From: Setoptus koraiensis
Lineage: Eukaryota; Animalia; Arthropoda
DNA length: 64,000 bases
Reading direction: 5' to 3'
Assembly (NCBI GenBank): GCA_048013815.1
Contig: CM106585.1
Span: 21,948,001-22,012,000 of the forward strand
A program made the position numbers and the translations under genes. The notes under the pieces are model-generated. The model saw only the letters and a list, made by a program, of their open reading frames with translations, was not told where the DNA came from and made no database searches. Shown one piece after another: positions 37,743 to 49,500 of the stretch (position 1 is the stretch's first letter; the number at the start of each line of letters is the position of its first letter).

Positions 37743-38345
37743 ATGTCTCTACTATTGCGAGATCCATTTACTAGAGACTGGGAAGATTCACTCTTGTACC
37801 CATATTCGCTTCAATTGAACCGACATCGTCATCACCCAACAAGAGTTCATCGCTTGGACGAGCTATATCCATCATTCGATCGCACGCTAGGCCACTTACA
37901 GGATGTAATGGAAGATGTTAGTGCAGCCATCGGACAGTATCAATCTGGATTGGGACCCGATCTGGCCACTGGTGATATGAAGACAACACGTACACAAGAT
38001 GGAAATCTACAACTGGCCATCGATGTCTCTCAATACAAACCTGAGGAGATCAACGTAAGATTGAGCGACGATAATCTTATTGTCGAAGGCAAGACAGAGT
38101 CGTCAGAGAATGACTCTTATCACAGGAGTCAGTTCAAGAGATGCCTAAAATTGCCTGCTGACTGCAAACACGAGGCCATTAAATCAACACTAACACCAGA
38201 CAGAAAACTTCTCATTGAGGTCCCGACAGCGAAGCCAGTAGCTGACAATCGATCGCGAACAATTCCTATTGACGTTCAACAGAAACCGGCAGTCGAATCG
38301 GCTCAGGATGCCGAAAAGAAACAAGCTGAGGATGGCAAGAAGTAA
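37743..38345 (+). CDS. Small heat-shock protein (HSP20/alpha-crystallin family), 200 aa, tandem paralogue
   Basis: Same motifs as gene 1, with 13 differences over the 111 residues from MKTTRT to ESAQD. AATAAA at 38441. Confidence 0.95.
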   Translation: MSLLLRDPFTRDWEDSLLYPYSLQLNRHRHHPTRVHRLDELYPSFDRTLGHLQDVMEDVSAAIGQYQSGLGPDLATGDMKTTRTQDGNLQLAIDVSQYKPEEINVRLSDDNLIVEGKTESSENDSYHRSQFKRCLKLPADCKHEAIKSTLTPDRKLLIEVPTAKPVADNRSRTIPIDVQQKPAVESAQDAEKKQAEDGKK

Positions 38346-38975
38346 TAATCTCATTGATGTCTTTGACTCGTGAAGTATTATGTCACCTCTCATATAATAG
38401 TTGTAACTCAAGTGATCATCATGTAGTATTCAGAGAAGTAAATAAAATCAAATTGTAGCAAAGAAATGCTGTCCAAATATCTACACTTGTCTCTCTTGTT
38501 GCTGATTGATCTAACATTTACTCTTGTCACTACATCATTCGTCGAGTGCAGGCGAATCACGTACCGCTGCAATGTATGTGTCAAATGAATTCAGATATAA
38601 CGGAATAAACAACAATCTCGGCGTGATGTAATTAAAATTAGGCGACTAACAACTAGCAATAGCCATCGTAGTATCACATCACGGCAGAGAGACAACTTTT
38701 ATCATTTTTCTTTTTTTTTGAATTGATCTAATTAGTTTATTATCTATACTGTGTGCTGATTATATTTGATTTTGTATTAATTAACGTATTACAGATTTAA
38801 ATGATAGAAATAATGTATAACTGTCGTTTGCAATGCCCTTTGAGTCAGACTGACAGTGCAACTGCTTTCACTGGTTGCTTGACCGTTGATTTGTCTTGTC
38901 AAAAATTGGAAAGAAATTATCATTGCTTGCGACAGATAAGTTGCGTAAACTGATCATCATATCATATAAACGCAA

Positions 38976-40461
38976 TCATATCATGTAGACGATAGAGGTG
39001 AAACTCTCGGCCTTGACATTCACTGTTGTTATGGTCAGTTGATCGTTACTGTTGCTAGTACTGGCTGCAGTCGCAGGTGGCGAACTGGTCAATAGCATCC
39101 TGATATCTATGGGTATATCATAGGGGTTGTTGTTAAGTACAATTATCACTACATAGCTTTTTGGGGTGAGAAAGGCAACGGCCTCCAAAAGATAATCATA
39201 GTTTGCGTTTAGCAATTGCATTCCGAGCCTCAACGAGCCCGGCTCGAGAAACTTGCTAAAGTGGCCCAGAGCATAATACATGGGATTTTTGTAATATTGA
39301 TCGTTGGCCTTGTCCACCAATATGGGACTGTCTAGCCGGCCGCCCAACCAGCCTGGCCCTCCCTCCAAATCGAGCGCCATGTTCCAGTCGACCCAACCGG
39401 AACCAAAATGTTGCAGTGTTTTCATTATGTCATACATATAATGAACTCCTCGTTGCCAGTTGCCAATCATAGCCTTTTGCATGAACGGCAAATGACCCGA
39501 ACTGAACTCTGTCGACAATATAAATTTGCCAGGATATTTTTCATACAAATCGTCCATTAGCTCATAGGCTACATCTATATATCCGTGCACCGCAACACCG
39601 GCAATGTATTGTCTGGCCGAGGTGTTAGTCATAACGTGATCGGCCAACATGGGCAAATATTTTCTATTGTCATCATGCACCATTAGCTTGATTTGTTGCA
39701 GCATCTCTCTGGAGGCCAATTTGGGCCCAAGATACTTTATTATGTAGGCAAGATAATCGTTTCGCGGAAATAGCATTGTGTTAAAGTCAATGAACGGCTG
39801 GATGGCCATTATGGGCTCATTCATAACTGTCAGACCCCAAAATTTCAGGCCAGCCTTGTCGTAGGCCTCTAAGAAGCGAGCCTTCAATTCGGCCAGAGTT
39901 TCATAATATTGGCCCGGATCCGTGTGCTGATTCTGTCCACCGCTATGACTTCCTGTTTGGCTGTTGCCCATAGACTGGCCACCAGCAGCGCCATTTCCGC
40001 CAACACCAACAGCTCCTCCACTGCCTGGCTGACCGCCGCTACCTGTGCCCGCCAACTGTTGTGCACCATCTACGGCTTGCTGGTTTATCGCCTGGTTGCC
40101 GCCGTTACCTGCGAATCCGGAACCACCGGAAGTGCCTGCACTAGCGGCTGAACCGGTCAATGTTTGATTGTTTATTGCGGACGATTTTTGTTGTTGTGGC
40201 GATCCCTTGAGGTAGCCCTTGTTGTAGAAATTGTTTGTTTTCATCCACAGCGGCGGCGACCACATTGAGGCAATCAATTTCAGTTCCCTCTGGCTGGATT
40301 CGGCGACCACTTGCGCCAACTTGATGACGGGCATCTTGTATAGATAATCCTCCTCCATTAGCTTGAAATGTCTCAATTCAAAGTCTGTCGCATCTGCCTG
40401 CTGCTGCTGGTTGTTGATCTGTTGAGCTGCAGCGACTGGCTGCAATTGTGGTTGCTGTTGT

Positions 40462-40492
<31 letters not shown>

Positions 40493-41188
40493 GCTGCAAT
40501 GATTCAAAAGAAAACTGTCCATTGGTGACAAGAGGCTGATTTTTCACTTGTTGCTGTTGGCTGTCATGGCTCGATTGTTGTAGCTGTTGTTGTTGCTGTT
40601 GCTGCTGCTGTTGTGTGTTCATGACAAGAGGTGACGCAGTGGGCGCCGACAATGACGGTCCCCCGGAAGAAGAGGCCAACTGGGCACCGGATGCAATAGG
40701 AGACGCCTGTGACGCTGACGTTGCTTGTGAGGCTGGCGGCTGAAAGGGTTGCGGCGCGTTGGCTCTAATGGCGCCCCCGTTGAATGGGCTAAGATCGTCG
40801 TTTGTGTAGAAACGCGTTGAAAAATCACTGCTGCCAATGGTGACCCGACCCATGTTGTATTTGATGCCGTTGTCGCCAAAATAATCGTCTATGAGACATT
40901 TAGTCATATTCATGGATAGACCCATTATCACAGATGAGGCCGAATCAGAGAAGGCCCCGCCAAAGCCAATAATTGGCTGATATTTTTGTTTTATATTTAT
41001 CACAATGGCAGTGCGACTGTTTATGACACTACTCTCAAAGGCCTCATATTCGCCAATAGTATAATGAAGCTCATCCTTTATTTGGCTGTGACTAATCAAT
41101 GTCTGACCATCGGTTTGGCCATTCAACATAATGGCATCGCTAACACTGGCCACATTGACCATGGCCCCTATTGATTGGCCCGTTTGGC
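38976..41188 (-). CDS. GBA: Lysosomal glucosylceramidase-like protein (GH30), intronless, probably 5'-truncated by the gap
   Basis: Motifs KYQPIIGFGGAFSDSA, GRVTIGSSDFS, ASMWSPPLWMKTN, FWGLTVMNEP (acid/base Glu), ILSTEF (nucleophile Glu), WVDWNMALDLEGGP, YYALGHFSKF. The frame stays open from ATG 41162 to the gap edge, and no signal peptide is visible. Confidence 0.9.
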
Positions 41189-41688
41189 NNNNNNNNNNNN
41201 NNNNNNNNNNNNNNNNNNNNNNNNNNNNNNNNNNNNNNNNNNNNNNNNNNNNNNNNNNNNNNNNNNNNNNNNNNNNNNNNNNNNNNNNNNNNNNNNNNNN
41301 NNNNNNNNNNNNNNNNNNNNNNNNNNNNNNNNNNNNNNNNNNNNNNNNNNNNNNNNNNNNNNNNNNNNNNNNNNNNNNNNNNNNNNNNNNNNNNNNNNNN
41401 NNNNNNNNNNNNNNNNNNNNNNNNNNNNNNNNNNNNNNNNNNNNNNNNNNNNNNNNNNNNNNNNNNNNNNNNNNNNNNNNNNNNNNNNNNNNNNNNNNNN
41501 NNNNNNNNNNNNNNNNNNNNNNNNNNNNNNNNNNNNNNNNNNNNNNNNNNNNNNNNNNNNNNNNNNNNNNNNNNNNNNNNNNNNNNNNNNNNNNNNNNNN
41601 NNNNNNNNNNNNNNNNNNNNNNNNNNNNNNNNNNNNNNNNNNNNNNNNNNNNNNNNNNNNNNNNNNNNNNNNNNNNNNNNNNNNNNNN
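41189..41688. other. Assembly gap (500 N)
   Basis: Run of exactly 500 N, suggesting a placeholder length. Confidence 1.
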
Positions 41689-44474
41689 AAATTTTTTTTT
41701 ATTGTAATTAGTTATATTTATTGGTTGTTGTTTATTGTTAGATTATGGAGAGTAGTGATGTGAATGGGTAGTTAGTAAGGGTTTGGATATAGGGTAAATG
41801 TGGAGAGGATTGGGGTTTAATGAGGGAATGAAAATTATTGTGGGATGAGAGGGTAGTGATGTTGAATGATGGAGTGAGATAGAGTGAATGGGGGGGGGAG
41901 TATGTGTTGTGGTTGTTGTGGATGAATAGGTATTTTATAGAGGGTTGGGGTAAAGTTATGGAATAGGGGGTGTGTTTTATAAAATTAATTATTTGGTTTG
42001 AGTATTATGATATGAGTGGTGATATTTGGTGTAGTAGAGAAATTATTATTATTTAGGAGGTGTAGTTATGAGTAGATAGGTGATATGTTGGTGATATGTG
42101 GTGTTATGCTGAGATCGAAAATAATAAAAAGGAGTAGTGAAATGAAGAGTATGTTAAAAGATGTTTCAATTATGTATAATTATATAGATAAATATTAAAA
42201 TAAGGAGTGTGGATAAGTGTGTTGTGGATTAATTTTGGGTAAGTGACGTTGGAAAGGTTGTTGTTTTAATTAGTGTGTAGGGGGTGTTTGATATATAAAG
42301 TGGAAATGTTAGGGTAAATTTAAAGTGTGTTAAGGTAAGTGGGAGGAAATAAAATAGTAATTGTATGAAGGGATTGTGGAAGTAGTGAGTTAGATTGTAT
42401 GTTTTTGAGAGTTCATAGAGTGGAAATATGGTGGTGAGGAAGTTGTAGTGATGTGTTGAGTAGAGGGTAATAGTTGTAGATTAAATGATATATATTTGGA
42501 GATAGATGTATTGGTATTGGTGATGGTTAGTGATGAAGTTTTTATGGGTGTTTTTTTTTGGTTTCGGTATTTGTGGGGGATTGAGTGAAGTCTTTTATTA
42601 TGTTTTTATTTGTTATTTTTTAGTGAGGTGGTATGTTGGTTTTGTGTGGGTGTGTGTGGGGAGGTGAGAGTGTGATAGGTGTGGGAGTGTAGTGGATGTG
42701 GGTTATTGATGTTGATGGGAATGTATATGGAATGTAGTTAGATGATTTTTGAAGAGAGGTGTTTTGGTAGTGTTTGGTAGAGAAAGATGTATTTTTAGAT
42801 GTTGATATTTGTTTTAAATGGTGAGAGTATGGTGAAGTTAAGTTGAGATTTTGGATATTGAGGGATTGTGAAGTGGGAGTGTTGAGATGGGAATAAGGGG
42901 AGTTGGAAGATGAGAATAGGGGTGGGATTTTGGTGTTGGAAAAATATATATTAGTTTTGTGTAGGTTAGTTTATTGAAGAGGTAAGTTAGTTAGTGTTGT
43001 TTGTGGGTAAGTTGAGTTTTTTTTAGATGTGAATATAATAGTATTTGGGGGGGTATTGAATAGTTTTGAGTGTGATTAAATATTGTTAATGGAGAAAGAG
43101 ATATATTTTGAAAGGGTGAACAGATGAGTGTGTAAGTGGGTTAGAGGGATTTGATAATAGTTAAAAAACAAACTTTAAAAAAAATGAATTTAATAGATTT
43201 TGAACAGAATAAATGTGATTTGAATTGGGGTGATGGAAGTTAATAAGTCTGTATAGTTAAAAAGTAATAGTTAATAGTAAATTAATTAAAAGAATTTAGA
43301 GTTACGAAAGATAGATTATTAGATACAGAAATACAATTCTAAGTAAAAATGTAACAGGATGTTAATTTATTAGTATTAAAGTCAATTAAAAGAAATTGTT
43401 TGATTTAAGTTTTTAGTATAGAGATTAAATTATATTTTTAGAAAGTTGGTTGTTGATGAATGGGGTAGGGGAGAGTGGTAGTTTGTTGGTTTTTGATTTG
43501 TGAGATTTGAATGATTGGAATGGTAGGAGGGGGGTGAGGGAAGAAGAGTAAAAGAATAAGGAAGAGGAAGAAGGGAGGGTAGTAGGTCGGAATAAATTAT
43601 TTATTTGTTATTCAAGTGGATGGAGGCGTGTGTGAGGGGGAAAGATGGAGGGTAGGAGGGGTGTTGGGATATAAGGTTAGTTTATAGAAAGGTAGGTTTT
43701 TTTGGATGGAAGTGGGTTTTGTGTGGTAAAAGGTGGAGTATTAAGAGTAGTTGTTGTGATTGTAGTGGTTATTATGTATGGTTGTGTTGATGGAGGGGAT
43801 TGTAGGGAGGGGATTGGTGAATTGTTTAGAGGGGTTAGGGTATTTTGTGATAAATGGTGGATTTTGAGTGGGATGATGGGTATTGTATATGTAGGGAGGG
43901 GGTGAGTGAGGGGGTTAAGAGATGTTGAAAGTATTGGATAATTGGTGGTAGAATAGTGGGGTTTGTGTTTGGTAAAGGGGAGTGTTTGGGGGAAATTTTT
44001 GTGTGAATAGGGGATTTGTTAAAATAATATGTGTTAAGGTGTATAGTTTAGTAGATTTTGTGAGTAGGAAGAGATAGAAGGGTGGAAGGGGGAAGATGTG
44101 TAGGAATTAATTTGGTAATGGGGTGTAGTATGAAGAGGGGATTGATTATTATTTGGGGGGTGGAAGGGAATTTGGGTGATTTATTTAGGGGTGTTGGGAT
44201 ATTTTATTGAAATTATAGGGTGGTTTTGTGGATGTAGATTATAGTTAAGATGGGTTGTGAAGGGTGTGGTGGGAGGGAAATGGAATGAGTGGTTTAGGTT
44301 TTGTGTGGTGAGGTTGATGGATTTTTAGAGGTTGTGTTTGGTTATTGGGGATGATGTTGGTGTTTAAAGGGAGAGGGTAAATAATGGATTGTGAAAAAAT
44401 GGTATTATTATTAATAATGATTAAAATTATTATTATAGGTGATTATGTGATTTGGTATGAGTGAGTGAGTATAG
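41689..44474. other. Cytosine-depleted, G/T-rich block next to the gap
   Basis: About 21 C in about 2,790 nt by hand count. Two sampled 60-nt lines were each 40% G. Normal composition resumes abruptly at 44475. Confidence 0.95.
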
Positions 44475-44704
44475 CTTTCCTAGAAACATTGTCCAGTCAT
44501 ATATTTTTTTTTTATTTATGCTATCACATTTTTATGAATTTAAATCATCCATTTTAAATGGTGATTGAACACAGTTGATGTTGTCTCAGCACAGATTCTA
44601 CATCTTCAATTCATTCCACAACTATTCACCTATACTGATGGTCTTGAAGGCATCATTTTGACTACCACGAGAATACACCTGTCTTTGAGTCGTATTTGAG
44701 TCCA

Positions 44705-46592
44705 TCACATGCTTCGTTTGCCGGTAGCGTTACTATTAATACAGGGATTCTCAGAGAACTTCATTCCACGGGAAGGGCAGTGCTCGAGTCTCAATGTTCT
44801 CTCTACTGAGAGAATAGGCATCTCAAATATTATTGTCAGCACAAGAGCAAACATAAATGTAATGATTGTGTGTCCTAATGTGAAGTATATCATTAGATGA
44901 TGAGAGAATTTTATTGGATAGTTTTGATTGCCATACAGGACGACCATAATCAATGGATGTATTAGAAAAGCCGAATACGACACCCTACTTAACGGAGTGA
45001 AAACTCTAGATGATAGTATGTTGTTTATGGGGCCGCCAAATCCGTTCATACAGGCATACATTACCCATCCTGTAGAAAGAGCCCATAAAGGACGAGACAG
45101 GCTACTATATAATGCCGAAAAGTATTTGTTATAGATATGACCATTCATACCTGGATACATGGCGATTAATAGCATGCTATACGAAAAGACTGTGAGACTC
45201 CATCCGGCAAAAACTTGAATCTACAATTAGAAACGGATACAAAAGAGAATTTAGACGGTCAACTAAAATGTTTGCCTATTAATTCATATTAGTTACCTTA
45301 TTAGTTAGTTACCTTTGTGAGCGTTTTGGGAAGTTTAGATCTTATCAAAAGCTGACCAAAAAGCAAACCCATCAAATAGGGCCCAGCTCGACAGTAAGGT
45401 TTGATGTAAATATATTTGTAGTAGATTGACCACACACTATGATTCACTGGCTCCACTAAAGGGACAGGAGGGAGGTTCAATGATATTGTTATGGCCGCTA
45501 CCAATGTTTGACTTATTATAATACCCAGAGCTGTGATGGCTAATCCTAGACTGTGGAATCTTCTATTGGTTGTTGAATTCAACAAATACATCACTGGCAA
45601 TGAGAATAGAAACAATTGCATATCAACAGCCGAATACCAACTGTGACTTAGGCAAATATTTTCGTGATCTATGAAATTATGCAACATGAACAAATTAATC
45701 CACCAATTCTTTCTGCACCACAAATCGAACATTATAGTTGAATTGTCCCATTGTTTGCCGCTGCCTAAGTGAGGCAAAAACATCACACTGATGAGAATGG
45801 CCAGCATCATAACAGTGGCTAGGCGTAGATATCTGCGAATGATATTGCTGGAAGCACACAAATTCAAAATATAGATTTAGATTGATACAGAACAGAATGA
45901 GAAATTGTATAAAATCATTATCAACTTACCATTTGTTGTAAGATATGACCACCAAGAAACCACTCATGAATAGAAAGTTATCAATGGAGAAGCTTCCATT
46001 GGCGATGAACTGTATATACCAGGGACGAAACAAATTCTTAACAATAGTCTCATCGGTAAATTGCAGCCACCATGTAGCAAAACTATAACTGTGCATAATG
46101 ATGACCCAGACCATCGATAAGACCTTGATGCCGTTTATGGAGTTGGTATCACAATCTTTAAATTGAGAAAAACAACACCGTTGTAATTGATTGTCGCATT
46201 ATGCCATAGATCAAATTAGATGAAAAATTGTGATCCAACTTACCACCTATGATTTCGCTGGGTGGTTGTACCAAATCAGCGAGATTCTTTCGTATAGAAA
46301 AAGCCATTGTCAGTTTGATCATCAGCGAGGGATTCTTAGCGTCGCAATATCTTTTAAGATTGTCAAATACTGATGCAACTACAACTAAAATCACCGGAAC
46401 AATCAATACTAAAGCTGTTGAATATAAGCTCATGGGCTCAAAAGAATCTTGATCGCCATTTGCACTGTTGTTAGTTTGATTATGCGTCACATTGAATCGA
46501 AATGTTGAGTCGTCCTGTTGGAAACTGTTAGAAACTATCAGAGTCAAAGTTACATAAACGACGATGAGTATATGAGAAATTAGCGATTTCAT
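44705..46592 (-). CDS. Nose-resistant-to-fluoxetine-6-like O-acyltransferase (acyltransferase family 3), 4 exons, 541 aa
   Basis: Exons 46592-46244, 46155-45930, 45847-45313 and 45220-44705, with GT-AG introns of 88, 82 and 92 bp that join in frame. Motifs INGIKVLSMVWVIIMHSY, SIDNFLFMSGFL, RRYLRL, NWWINLFMLHNF, CLSHSWYSAVDMQLF, YIKPYCRAGPYLMG, FTPLSRVSYSAFLIHP, FEMP. The 5' start is uncertain. Confidence 0.88.
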
Positions 46593-49500
46593 GTTGGGTG
46601 ATTTCAATATTTATTGATCTTCTAGTCCACCCATTCGATCGAGCTGTGTACCAGTTGTCTGAAGATTCTTTTCACTTGACTCGCATAACTTTACGTTGAA
46701 TGATGGAAATACCAATAATCGGCATGACAATACGATCTAATTTTAAACAATTTGCAACTAACTAGTCGTAGGAGAACATCACAATTTGCTGCTCTCTTTA
46801 CTTGGATATTTTCACTTTCTCTGACATTTTCAAAATAGTGTCAGACAACTGTCTAAAGAATTGCATAACTAAAGAATGGAGATTTAGTCAGCAAGTCTGT
46901 CAAAAAGCCTAGACTGATCAAGTTCAAGTTTTTCGTACTTTCGACAACTCCTTCTCACTAGCAGTTATTTTCAAAACGAATCCAATGAGAGATGGAGAGG
47001 GGTAGTGACAAATAGATAGAGTTGCATTAAATATCTTGATGACTGTATGCGAAAAATGGTTGATTATCATCATTTGATTGGAAGATAATTGGAAGATAAT
47101 TAGAAGAAACAATAAGAATAACCGTAAGCAATTCATCAGCCAGTTCAATAGCTGTTTGGCAACCGGTTTACGAAGAGATAAATCAAAAAGTGAAATTGAA
47201 TCTCTCCTCTGTCAAATCAATTTCTCAGCCCTTTCTGTATTCATTGCTTGTCAATCTGCTGCTACATTTGGATTCAGTTGCATGACACTATTTAACACGA
47301 GTGCGACGATCTACACACGTACACTATTCTCAGCCATTTCCTCATTTCGCAATTGTTATTCGCTAGTTTCAATTGATCAGCAAAAATTATCTTGATATCT
47401 GCAAACATGCCGATCAGTGCTGAATCATGAGATTCAGAAAAGACGTGACAAGATGCTATTGTGAGAAAAGATTTGATTTAGCTTTCGAAAGGCTCATTGC
47501 TTTTTGTTGTCCCTCGATTGTAGGCTAAAATAATCGTAACAATTAGCTGGATTTTCATATTTTTGACTGTCATATGATTTCTAATGATATAAATAGCAAA
47601 CCAAGTCCTTCGAAGTTAGCCTTAATAGTGAAATGGCTTACCAAATGGCTATATCGTCTAAAGATTCCCCCTTCAAACAATGTGGTTTGCATTCAGTGGT
47701 TAGCTGACTCCAATATAGTTCATGGTCTTGTCGTCATAGGTCATTTACCTAGGACAGGGCATTCATAATAGAAATCGCATGACTGGAAGAATACCATGTC
47801 ACACAACAAATATAGCATGTCCAATTCAACAAGTGTTTTTGGACGAAATCTCAACTTACTAGGGTAGCAATTTCAAGCACCTCTCTCGCTTGACGTCAGC
47901 TTGACGTTTCGAGACAAATGATGAGCTTATCTTAATTTGTTTGAAAAATTTTACTCTTGTTATTCATTTATTAACATGTGTTATGTATGTTAAGTATTTG
48001 ACTGGCTCTTTTGTCAGCCTGGGATGCTTTTAATTTCATTTTCTCTTAATCAACAAATCCAGCAAGCGATCAGCACACTTATCAGAAGCCAGTGAATTCT
48101 TGTGTGTATGTGTATGAACAGCGAGATATAACTTGTGGTCAAGACACGCCGTCAATGATTGCAAACGCAGTACAGGTATATCAAAGGAGTTAGCCATCAA
48201 ATAATTGTATCTCTCAACAACAGAAGAAGTTTCGCTCAATAAATATATCATACATTATATACGTTACTCCAATAATTAGATCAATATGGTGTGGCGAACA
48301 GAGAAATGTATTAGCGCTAAGATTTTCTCGATAAGAAGTGAGTTGTAATGCAATTCGAACGAAGCAGACAGAAACAATGGCTGAGAACAGTTTATTTGTC
48401 GACAACTGACATGTATCTGGGACTACTAATTAAGCTAATTGAATAGAAGGCTCTTCCATAGACCCAAACAGCAGATCTTGTATGTGAGTGAGTATTGCTG
48501 GCATTGGCATTACATATGTACCTAGTTTCGACAAATTGGATAATCATTTTCATAGGCTTTCTGTCTCGAATATTCATATGTGAATATGTCTGTACAAGCT
48601 AACAAATATTTGTCTTTGTATCGCTCAAGGTCACCAGACACACAAGATCTACAGTAAAGTTGGAATTCTTTCTTTCTTCCTCTAATTGATTTAAGTGGCC
48701 GCTCGCGCCATTATGTTCAACTCCGAATTGAACGGTTCTTTATTAGTTTAGTTACTTTTCATTTGGTCCATTGGATTTTGCGAGTTGAGCAAGCAAGCTA
48801 TCGCAATGAAACGATCAGGGCGATTTGATCGTAGTAGTAGTATTCGCGAGAATTTGTAGGATCGGTCATCGCTGTGAGTTGAGCGCGGGCAGGTTGCAAT
48901 ATTTTCTGGATCAAGTTGACCATATCATTGAGCCAAGATGCAATTCAATTACTTTTGTTTGAGCGAGTACGTGATGATTGTATTGATGACATACTGACCT
49001 ATGCTACGCTGTTCGCTATTAGATTATATGATCAATCAACTGCAACAATGGCAGTAAGTTGACGCCAATAAAGTAATTATCAGCCTCTGGGAAACGATAT
49101 CAAACATAGGTGGGCCACTAATGAAAATGAATACCTATGCTATAGGTCCTATAGCATATGGCTGAAAATAAGGAGAAACAGTTAATCGAAGTAATTCACT
49201 TCTGCCCAAGTTGTTAGTTGCATTCCAACGAATTGCAATAGAAGTGTTGCCATTTTTTTTTTTGAATTGACGACTTGCTTCCTCGAACAAAACGTAGTGT
49301 TGGGCTAGTTATCAACATTCTGACGGTATAATACTGCATGCAATAGTATTAGTAGAGGGCCTCACATGCGGTGAAAACTGTATCCGTGTGTGAATTATCC
49401 ACCAGCGGTTCATACAAGATGAGTTATAAATTCGTAATAAAATTTCATCTAATCAATAAAGTACTAATAATAAATAAGTTTCTACTATAACTGCATGCGA

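Noticed and set aside
41131-41763. Three ORFs made mostly of X
   Set aside because: Artefacts of translating the N gap.
41689-44474. C-less block interpreted as mitochondrial insertion, telomere, RIP or bisulfite-type conversion
   Set aside because: Under 1% C is too extreme for mitochondrial genes and no rRNA or cox motifs were found. There is no regular TTAGG repeat, and the G-rich strand faces the wrong way for a left-hand end. RIP would affect both strands. C-to-T conversion would inflate T rather than G.
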